DNA of 64,000 nt from Candidatus Latescibacterota bacterium. GTDB lineage: Bacteria > Latescibacterota > UBA2968 > UBA8231. Location: the NCBI GenBank assembly GCA_965203175.1, contig OZ241867.1, forward strand, positions 704,001 to 768,000, written 5' to 3'. Positions 56,964 to 64,000 of this stretch are shown in pieces. The notes beneath the pieces were generated by a model. The model did not search any database. It saw nothing but the letters and a program-made list of their open reading frames with translations, and was not told where the DNA came from. Position 1 is the first letter of the stretch, and the number at the start of each line of letters is the position of its first letter. The position numbers and the translations under genes were made by a program.

Positions 56964-57980
56964 TCACTCCAGCGCAGGCATATCGACCGCGTCGTCGCGG
57001 CGCTCGTGCATGTTCGCTTCCATGGCCTCTGGGTAGCGATGTGGGAGGTGGGAGACTTCGTCGAGCCGGGCGCGAGCCTCGTCCGGGAGACAAAAGCTGC
57101 CAGCGAGCATGTTGTCGCGCGCCTGCTCGACGGTGCGCGCGCCAATGATGACCGAAGTGATGGCCGGTTGTTCCAACACCCAGCGCAGGGCAACTTGCGC
57201 CGGCGAACGGCCCATCTCGTCGGCTACCGCTATGAGCGTCTCTAAGGTCTGGTCGGCATTGGCGGCAAAATAGCTTTGCGGGTAGGCCCAAGCATCCGCG
57301 GAGCGCGTGCCTTCCAAGGTGCGCTCGCCGGGTTTGTATTTGCCGGAGAGAAAGCCGCCGCCGAGCGGACTCCACACCACCACGCCCAGTCCCTTGAGCT
57401 GACAGACGGGAATCAGCTCCTGCTCGATGTCGCGCACGACCAAGCTGTATTGCGGCTGGAAGCACTCAAAGCGCGCCAATCCATTCGCATCCGATATCCA
57501 CAACGCCTCCATCAAACGCCACGCCTGATAGTTGGAACAGGCGGTATAGCGCACCTTGCCTTGGCGAACCAAATCGTCGAGCGCGCGCAGCATCTCCTCC
57601 AACGAAGTCTGGGTATCCACGTGGTGAATGTAATAGAGGTCGATGTAATCTGTTTGCAATCGCTGGAGGCTGTCCTCAACGGCATTCATAATGCGCACCC
57701 GCGACATCCCCGAGTCGTTGGGGCCAGGCCCCATGGGGTTGAAGAACTTGGTGGCGATGACCGCATCGCGGCGACGGCCCTTGAGCGCCTTGCCGGTGAT
57801 GACCTCGGACTCGCCGCCGCCATACGAATCGGCCGTGTCGAAGAAATTGATACCCGCGTCAAACGCCAGATCAACGATCCGCTTGGCCTCCCGTTCGTCC
57901 GTGCTGTGGCCAAAGGTCATGGTTCCAAGGCAAATTTCCGATACTTTGAGGCCGGTGCGGCCCATTCTGCGGTATTCCAT
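56964..57980 (-). CDS. aldo/keto reductase
   Basis: LGTMTFG, DTADSY, IDLYYIH, GKVRY and WSPL motifs. Confidence 0.93.
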   Translation of the reverse strand: MEYRRMGRTGLKVSEICLGTMTFGHSTDEREAKRIVDLAFDAGINFFDTADSYGGGESEVITGKALKGRRRDAVIATKFFNPMGPGPNDSGMSRVRIMNAVEDSLQRLQTDYIDLYYIHHVDTQTSLEEMLRALDDLVRQGKVRYTACSNYQAWRLMEALWISDANGLARFECFQPQYSLVVRDIEQELIPVCQLKGLGVVVWSPLGGGFLSGKYKPGERTLEGTRSADAWAYPQSYFAANADQTLETLIAVADEMGRSPAQVALRWVLEQPAITSVIIGARTVEQARDNMLAGSFCLPDEARARLDEVSHLPHRYPEAMEANMHERRDDAVDMPALE

Positions 57981-57991
57981 GGTTTTACCTC

Positions 57992-59188
57992 CTAAGCTTC
58001 CACTGCCTCTCGCTGATAGTACTCCGCAAGGATCTCGGCCACCTCCGGCCGCGCAAACTCCGGCGGCAGGGCCTCGCCAGCGGCTAGCATCTCGCGGACT
58101 TGGGTTCCCGACAGGAACAGGTACGCGTCGCCGCTGTCCGGGCAGTCGCGCATCATCACCACCGCGTTGCACTTCTTGCACCAGACCGTGTGATCGCCGC
58201 GGAAAATTTCGATTTCGAGGGCGTCGTCGATATCATCGAAAATGGTCTGCGCGTCAAACGCTCCGTAGTAATCGCCAACGCCCGCGTGGTCGCGGCCTAC
58301 GATCAGATGCGTGCAGCCGCTGTTCTGGCGGAAGATGGCGTGCAGCACGGCTTCGCGTGGACCGGCGTAGAGCATGTCAAAGCCATAGCCGGCGATCATC
58401 ACTGTGTTTTCCGGGAAGTAGAGCTCGACCATCTTGCGGATAGAGGCGTCGCGCACGTCGGCCGGGATGTCGCCGGCCTTGAGCTTGCCCAGCAGCATGT
58501 GGATGAGGATGCCATCGGCCTCGACGGCCTGCTGGGCCATGCGGCACAGCTCCTCGTGGGCGCGGTGCATGGGGTTGCGGGTCTGGAAGGCCACGACCCG
58601 GTCCCAACCGCGCTCGGCGATCTCGGCGCGCAGCTCGACCGCGGTGCGGAAGGTCGCGGGAAAGTCGCCGGGGAAGTACGAGAAGTTGAGCACCTCAATT
58701 GGCCCAGCGATGAGGGTGTCGCCTGCAGCTTTGAACGCCGCGACTCCGGGATGGGCGTCGTCGTCCGTGCCAAAGACTTGGTCAATGATGGCGGCGCGCT
58801 CCGCATCTGACAGCAATTCGACCGCAGTCACTCCCTGGATGGCAATAATGGGATTGCCGTCCACATTGGGATCCAACAAGGCGATGCGACTGCCGGGGAC
58901 CACGCCCTCCGGAACCTGATCGCCGGGGACCATATTGACGACTGGGGTGGGCCACAGCAGGCCGTCGGTCGTGTGCATGTTGGCAGCTACGCTCTTGGCG
59001 TCAGCGGCGTCCATAAAGCCTGTAAGCGGGGTAAAGTATCCCGAGCCGAGCATGACGGCTGAGGATGCAGCAGCGGAAGAGACGACTACAGCGGGCAGGC
59101 CAGCGGCTTCTTCTAAAAGCTGGGCACGCACTGCATCGTCTTCGACGTAGAGCGGTTTGAGTTCTTCTGCGCCGTGGGGTTTAATCAC
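57992..59188 (-). CDS. sat: sulfate adenylyltransferase
   Basis: AFQTRNPMHRAHE, YAGPREAVLHA, GRDHAGVG and SGT.VR motifs; GTG start after AAGGAG. Confidence 0.95.
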   Translation of the reverse strand: MIKPHGAEELKPLYVEDDAVRAQLLEEAAGLPAVVVSSAAASSAVMLGSGYFTPLTGFMDAADAKSVAANMHTTDGLLWPTPVVNMVPGDQVPEGVVPGSRIALLDPNVDGNPIIAIQGVTAVELLSDAERAAIIDQVFGTDDDAHPGVAAFKAAGDTLIAGPIEVLNFSYFPGDFPATFRTAVELRAEIAERGWDRVVAFQTRNPMHRAHEELCRMAQQAVEADGILIHMLLGKLKAGDIPADVRDASIRKMVELYFPENTVMIAGYGFDMLYAGPREAVLHAIFRQNSGCTHLIVGRDHAGVGDYYGAFDAQTIFDDIDDALEIEIFRGDHTVWCKKCNAVVMMRDCPDSGDAYLFLSGTQVREMLAAGEALPPEFARPEVAEILAEYYQREAVEA

Positions 59189-59214
59189 AGTATTCTCCTT
59201 GGTTAGCTGTGCGT

Positions 59215-60078
59215 TTAATGTACGGGAATGCCGGCTTCGGCGAGGATGCGGTGGACATTGGCGGCGGCTCTGGGGTATTTCTCGTTGGGCAAGTGTTCGA
59301 GGAGCATGTAGCCGTCGGGATGGGCGTCGTGCCACAGCTTGAGCGCGGTGGCGACATCGAGTTCGCCGTCACCGGGTATCTCTTCGTCGATGTGGAGCAC
59401 CAAGCCAGGAGACAGCTTGATATCCTTGCAATGCCCGACGCTGGAGATGGGATTCATAATCTCAAATATGTGCTGCAGACGCTCGGTGCTGTTGTACACT
59501 TGGTCCAAGTTCTGAAAATGGTTGACGTAATCCATCACCACGGTCATGCGCTCGGAGCCAACTTCTTGCAGCACGTCGCGGTTTATCTCCGGCGATCCCA
59601 TGATGGTGAGCAGATGCGTCTCAATGACCACCGTGACAGCTTCGGACTCGGCTTTGGCCGCCACGCGCTTGAGGGTCTCGACGAGCAGGGCGCGCGCCTC
59701 GGGCGTGAGATTGAGTGGCGACGGCGAGTACGAGCCGACTGGGTTGCGGCTGCCCGTGCGGATCAGACAGGTGTGGGCAGCCAAGTCGCGGGCGACTTCA
59801 ATGCCGCGCTCGATCTTGCTTACTACTTGGTCGCGCACCGCAGAGTCGGGATCAAACAGGCACTCGGAAAAGCCAATGCCGAACTGGGGTAGCTCCATGC
59901 CCGCGGCCGCAATGGTATCGCGCACCTTGTGGCACTCTGCGGCGGTGATGGCAGATAGATTTTCCCCTGGGGCGTGAAAGGCCGTGCCCGTGAGGTTGAG
60001 CGCCTTGATCGCCGCTAGGTGTTGGTCGCTGATTTCGCGAAAGTCCGAGGGCAACATGCCGACGACGCCGAGCCGCAT
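59215..60078 (-). CDS. sugar phosphate isomerase/epimerase (xylose-isomerase-like TIM barrel)
   Basis: IETH, MDYVN, HCKD, PGDG and LEH motifs. Confidence 0.85.
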   Translation of the reverse strand: MRLGVVGMLPSDFREISDQHLAAIKALNLTGTAFHAPGENLSAITAAECHKVRDTIAAAGMELPQFGIGFSECLFDPDSAVRDQVVSKIERGIEVARDLAAHTCLIRTGSRNPVGSYSPSPLNLTPEARALLVETLKRVAAKAESEAVTVVIETHLLTIMGSPEINRDVLQEVGSERMTVVMDYVNHFQNLDQVYNSTERLQHIFEIMNPISSVGHCKDIKLSPGLVLHIDEEIPGDGELDVATALKLWHDAHPDGYMLLEHLPNEKYPRAAANVHRILAEAGIPVH

Positions 60079-60172
60079 GAGGAAAGCTCCTTGTTGAAAT
60101 TGTGCAGTGAACAGGGGCCGAATCACCTCAAAAACTGACCATTGGTACAGATAACGTCAACACGCGAGCCGT

Positions 60173-60201
60173 TTGCCGAACCGAGGCGAGGAGCCTACTA
60201 T
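60173..60201 (+). promoter_or_regulatory. sigma70-like promoter
   Basis: TTGCCG-N17-TACTAT upstream of ATG 60240. Confidence 0.5.
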
Positions 60202-60239
60202 TTGATGTTTTGACCACTCTAACAACTTCCTAACGAACC

Positions 60240-61040
60240 ATGACCTTCGCCCTGTCGTTTATCACCACCCTCGTCTCCGGCCTCTACACCTGCTTGTGGG
60301 GCGCGTTCAAAGACGCTCCGTATGAGGGCTTCAAGCCCAAGACCTTTCCGCGCAGCATGTACTTCCACATCGCGATCTTTTTGCCGCTGTACTTCATCCC
60401 GTATTTCAGCGCGCAATTCCAGCATCTCGGCCTCGTGCAAATGTTTTTCCTGATCATGGGCCTAGAGCGCTTCCTCGCCGAAATCTACAAGGGCTTCTTC
60501 CGCACTGAAGATCAGCAAAAGTACTTCGTCCCCTCGCGCATAACCTTCTTTGGCCGCCCGATCACCAGCGACCTCGTCCGCCATAGCGCAGGAGTCCTAA
60601 TCGTCGCCATTGTCTTCGCCTTCCTCCTCGTAGCCGCGCCCATCGAGAGCTTCTGGGGCTATCTGGTAACCGGGTATTGCACCGGGCTGCTCGTGGCCTC
60701 GGGGGGTGCTTATAAGGACGCGCCCTTCGAGGGATTCAAGTGGCTCAAATTCCAGCGCTCTGGAGTCGTCTTGGCCGCCTTGAGTCCGCTGTTTTACTTC
60801 CTCGGCAACCCCGAACACCCGGTCGGGCTGGGCTTTCTCATCTACATGAACGGCGGGCTAGAGCGATTCACCGTCGAGTACTACAAGACTTATATCCAGC
60901 GCAATATGTCCGGGAAATTCCAACCCAACCTGCCCCGCATCCAGCGCGAATTGGCCACCCGCGAGAAGTTCCACTACGCGGCCTTGGTGATTATCGCCGG
61001 ACTAGCCGCGCTCTACGCCCATGAACGCGGCGCACTATGA
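60240..61040 (+). CDS. uncharacterised membrane protein with two-fold internal repeat
   Basis: Paired motifs GAFKDAPYEGFK/GAYKDAPFEGFK and GLERF..EIYK/GLERF..EYYK; multiple TM segments. Confidence 0.75.
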   Translation: MTFALSFITTLVSGLYTCLWGAFKDAPYEGFKPKTFPRSMYFHIAIFLPLYFIPYFSAQFQHLGLVQMFFLIMGLERFLAEIYKGFFRTEDQQKYFVPSRITFFGRPITSDLVRHSAGVLIVAIVFAFLLVAAPIESFWGYLVTGYCTGLLVASGGAYKDAPFEGFKWLKFQRSGVVLAALSPLFYFLGNPEHPVGLGFLIYMNGGLERFTVEYYKTYIQRNMSGKFQPNLPRIQRELATREKFHYAALVIIAGLAALYAHERGAL

Positions 61041-62508
61041 CGCAGTAGTCATCGGCTCCGGGTTCGGCGGCTCACTGGTGGCCCACGCGCTGGTGCAAGC
61101 CGGGCTGAAGACCGCGCTGCTAGAGCGGGGCCAATGGGCCAAGCGCGATGCCGCCGACTGGGATCAGCGCACTATCCTGCTGCAAAAGCGCTACCGCTCG
61201 GCCTCGCCCCTTCTGATCAAGCAGTACGGACGCCGCACCTTCCAGCGCACCTATCCCAACGAGGTCGTCGGCGGCAACTCGGTCTTTTTCGGCGGGGCGT
61301 CGCTGCGGCTGCGTCCGGCGGACTTTGCCTGCTGGCCCTTGTCCTATGCAGACCTAGCGCCGTACTATGCCCGCGCCGAACAACTCCTCGGGGTCCACGG
61401 CGAGGTGGGTACCGATCCCTACCAACCCCCGGGGCTGGAGGCCTATCCGCGCCGCGCCGTTGAGCTGAGCGCGCCGGCCCAGCGCATTTACCAAGCGGGG
61501 ACAGACATAGGGCTACAACCGTTCAGGATCCCGCTGGCAATCAACTTTTCCGACCGCACCCGGCCCCTCTGCCTGCGCTGCATCACCTGCGATGGGTTCC
61601 CCTGCAAGGTAGAGGCTAAAAACGACATGGCTTCCACTGTGCTGGCCACTGCTTCGGCGGCCGGACTAGAGATCATCGTCGGCGCGGTAGCACAGCGGCT
61701 AGTGCAACGGAGCGGACGCGTCGAGCAGGTCGAATACGTGGACAGCACTTCCCGGCAGACCCACGCGCTCTCGGCCGACTTAGTGATCCTAGCCGCTGGG
61801 GCGCTCAACAGCCCGGCCCTGATGCTCCGCTCGGGATTCAACCACCCCCTGATTGGGCGCTTTCTCATGCGCCACTGCAACGGGATTGCCAATTGCATCT
61901 TTCCCTTTCGCACCAATCCGCAGCAGGTCTTCCACAAACAACTCTGCTTTTCCGATTTCTACGAAGACCTGCGCGCGGAATTGGGCACGGCCGTGGGCGT
62001 CATCCAAGACATCTACACGCCGGCTCCCCCCATCATCCGGCACCACGCCCCGTGGGGCTTCAAGACGCTCGTCGGGCTGCTGACTGGCTATATGCAGAAC
62101 TTGCTCTGCATTGCCGAGGACGATCCAAGCCGCGACAACCGCGTGTCACTGTCCAACGAGCAGGACATCTTCGGCATGGAACTGGTGCAGGTAGAGCACG
62201 CCTATAGCGACGCCGACTGTCGCCGCCGCGATTACCTGCTGGCCAAAGCAGAAGCCGTATTGCGCCAAGCAGGTGGTCTGCTGCGCTATCGCTACTTGAT
62301 CGATTCCTTCTCTCACGCCATAGGCACCCTGCGCTGCGCCACCGCGCCAGAAGAAGGCGTCCTCGACGTGGATTGCCGCTATTGGGGCAGCGAAAATCTC
62401 TACGTGTCCGACGGCAGCTTCATGCCCTCTTCGGGCGGGGTAAATCCGAGCTTGACCATTGCGGCCAACGCACTGCGGGTCGCCGAGCGGATCTTGGAGC
62501 AGCGATGA
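61021..62508 (+). CDS. GMC-family FAD oxidoreductase
   Basis: IGSGFGG, VGGNS, CLRCITCDGFPC, H.IGT and NPSLTI motifs. Confidence 0.9.
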   Translation: MNAAHYDAVVIGSGFGGSLVAHALVQAGLKTALLERGQWAKRDAADWDQRTILLQKRYRSASPLLIKQYGRRTFQRTYPNEVVGGNSVFFGGASLRLRPADFACWPLSYADLAPYYARAEQLLGVHGEVGTDPYQPPGLEAYPRRAVELSAPAQRIYQAGTDIGLQPFRIPLAINFSDRTRPLCLRCITCDGFPCKVEAKNDMASTVLATASAAGLEIIVGAVAQRLVQRSGRVEQVEYVDSTSRQTHALSADLVILAAGALNSPALMLRSGFNHPLIGRFLMRHCNGIANCIFPFRTNPQQVFHKQLCFSDFYEDLRAELGTAVGVIQDIYTPAPPIIRHHAPWGFKTLVGLLTGYMQNLLCIAEDDPSRDNRVSLSNEQDIFGMELVQVEHAYSDADCRRRDYLLAKAEAVLRQAGGLLRYRYLIDSFSHAIGTLRCATAPEEGVLDVDCRYWGSENLYVSDGSFMPSSGGVNPSLTIAANALRVAERILEQR

Positions 62509-63440
62509 AAAAGGTCTGTCTAATAGGATGCGGCACCATCGGTCGCCTGCACGCGAAAAACCTCGTCGGCAAGGTCGAGCTATCCTTTCACAGCCGCACG
62601 CCGGCCAGCGCAGAGGCCCTCAGCCGCCAATGCGGCGGTGGGCAGATCTTCGCATCGTACGCCGACGTCCTCGACAGCGCAGTGGATGCGGTGCTAATCA
62701 GCTCGCCGCCAGATGCCCATCGGCCGCAGGTCGTCTCCGCATTGGCAGCCGGCAAGGGAGTGCTGGTGGAAAAACCGTTGTGCGCCACAGAAGACGATTT
62801 AGCGGCGATTGGCGCGGCATCAGCAGCCCATCCAGACGCACTGCTGATGATCGCGGAAAACTACTACTACAAGCCCTCGCTCAAGCTCCTCAAGTGGATC
62901 ATCCAACAGGATTTTATCGGCCAAGTGCAACAGGCGACCCTTGGCAAGTGCTTTACCCAGCAGGCCACGGGATGGAAAAGCAGCTATGGCGCACTGCTAG
63001 AGGGAGGGATCCACTTCGTGGCCCTCGGAGCAGACCTTTTCGCCGAGGCACCCCAGCGGGTGACTGCGGAGTTCCCCGGACACCAAGCGGGCGACCCGGA
63101 GCGGAATTCGGTAGTGCGGGTCGAATACCCATCGAGGGCCGAGCTAGTGTTGCGCTACGCTTGGAACGCCTTCAGCTTGACCAAGGGCACCTTTCAGCAC
63201 GCGCGGATTTTGGGGACTGAGGGGCGGATCGTCTTCGAGTGCAATGGGCTATACGTGCGGTTGCGGGGGCGGCGGAAGCGGCTCTACTTTCCGGGCATAG
63301 GGGACTTGATGGGCTACAAAGGCATGATGCAGGATTTCTTGCAGTGCTTGCAGGAGCCGGGGCGACAGCCGTATTCGAACTTGGCTCGGGCTGAGCGAGA
63401 CCTAGGCATTGTATTTACAGCGTATAAAGGATTGAAATAA
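62505..63440 (+). CDS. Gfo/Idh/MocA oxidoreductase
   Basis: IGCGTIG, EKP and EGGIH motifs. ATG at 62505 overlaps the upstream TGA. Confidence 0.9.
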   Translation: MKKVCLIGCGTIGRLHAKNLVGKVELSFHSRTPASAEALSRQCGGGQIFASYADVLDSAVDAVLISSPPDAHRPQVVSALAAGKGVLVEKPLCATEDDLAAIGAASAAHPDALLMIAENYYYKPSLKLLKWIIQQDFIGQVQQATLGKCFTQQATGWKSSYGALLEGGIHFVALGADLFAEAPQRVTAEFPGHQAGDPERNSVVRVEYPSRAELVLRYAWNAFSLTKGTFQHARILGTEGRIVFECNGLYVRLRGRRKRLYFPGIGDLMGYKGMMQDFLQCLQEPGRQPYSNLARAERDLGIVFTAYKGLK

Positions 63441-63441
63441 C

Positions 63442-64000
63442 ATGAGCGAAGCGGAAAAAATCATCTATTCGATGTACAAGGTGAGCAAGCACTACAACCG
63501 GAAGGCGATTATCACCGACATTTCACTGTCGTACTTCTACGGGGCCAAGATCGGCGTGTTAGGCTTGAATGGGTCGGGGAAGAGCACGCTGTTGCGGATT
63601 ATGGCGGGCATCGACGGCGAGTACGAGGGGACCATTAGCATCCAGCCGGGATTTACCGTCGGATTCCTGGAACAGGAGCCCGAGTTAGAAAAAGGCAAGA
63701 CGGTCAAGGAGATCGTCGAGGAAGGGGTACAGGAGACCGTGGATTTGCTGCGCGAGTACGAGGACATCAACGCCCAGTTCGCCGAGCCTATGGACGACGA
63801 CGCCATGAACGCCTTGATCGAGCGGCAGGCCACCGTGGCCGAACAACTCGACGCAGCCGGAGCCTGGGATCTGGACAGTCGGTTAGATATGGCCATGGAC
63901 GCCTTGCGCTGTCCGCCCGAAGACCAGGAAGTCTCCACGCTTTCGGGCGGCGAGCGGCGGCGGGTGGCGCTGTGTCGGTTGTTGCTCCGCCAGCCGGATA
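63442..64000 (+). CDS. ettA: energy-dependent translational throttle ABC-F protein (partial)
   Basis: Manual translation gives MSEAEKIIYSM...SLSYFYGAKIGVLGLNGSGKS...LSGGERRRVALC; it runs off the window. Confidence 0.92.
   Translation, partial: MSEAEKIIYSMYKVSKHYNRKAIITDISLSYFYGAKIGVLGLNGSGKSTLLRIMAGIDGEYEGTISIQPGFTVGFLEQEPELEKGKTVKEIVEEGVQETVDLLREYEDINAQFAEPMDDDAMNALIERQATVAEQLDAAGAWDLDSRLDMAMDALRCPPEDQEVSTLSGGERRRVALCRLLLRQPD

Noticed and set aside
1-64000. Integron integrase, transposase, prophage, CRISPR array, tRNA or rRNA
   Set aside because: I saw no tyrosine-recombinase or DDE transposase ORF, no spaced repeats and no RNA-gene signatures.

Overview
GC-rich bacterial chromosomal window with about 60 CDS and no rRNA, tRNA, CRISPR, integrase or transposase that I can recognise. 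The gene content (five PhyH-type Fe/2OG oxygenase genes, enolase-family dehydratases, CocE/NonD, hydantoinases, CE15) resembles Latescibacterota/Poribacteria-like host-associated heterotrophs; this taxonomy is inference only. Bases 0.5-39 kb are mostly same-strand runs of unrelated, compositionally mixed single-enzyme genes. One of them, a HAD gene at 36754-37479, carries integron-cassette hallmarks: complementary GTTAAGA/TCTTAAC core sites plus an adjacent attC-like element. The runs therefore look like decayed, domesticated cassette arrays. The best candidate for an undescribed system is 43310-50078: a HAMP histidine kinase, sigma-54 response regulator, exported coiled-coil protein and outer-membrane beta-barrel operon. 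It is divergent from a lipoprotein built of three Ig-like repeats and Gly/Glu/His linkers, which has a perfect -24/-12 promoter and palindromic enhancer-like sites. Other highlights are a PhyH enzyme with a halogenase-like H-x-A motif, an orphan ADP-ribosyltransferase-like gene, a sulfur-oxidiser-type sat, an internally duplicated membrane protein heading a GMC/Gfo operon, and a CCTAG/CCAAG mutational signature. All product calls come from motif recognition, not database searches.
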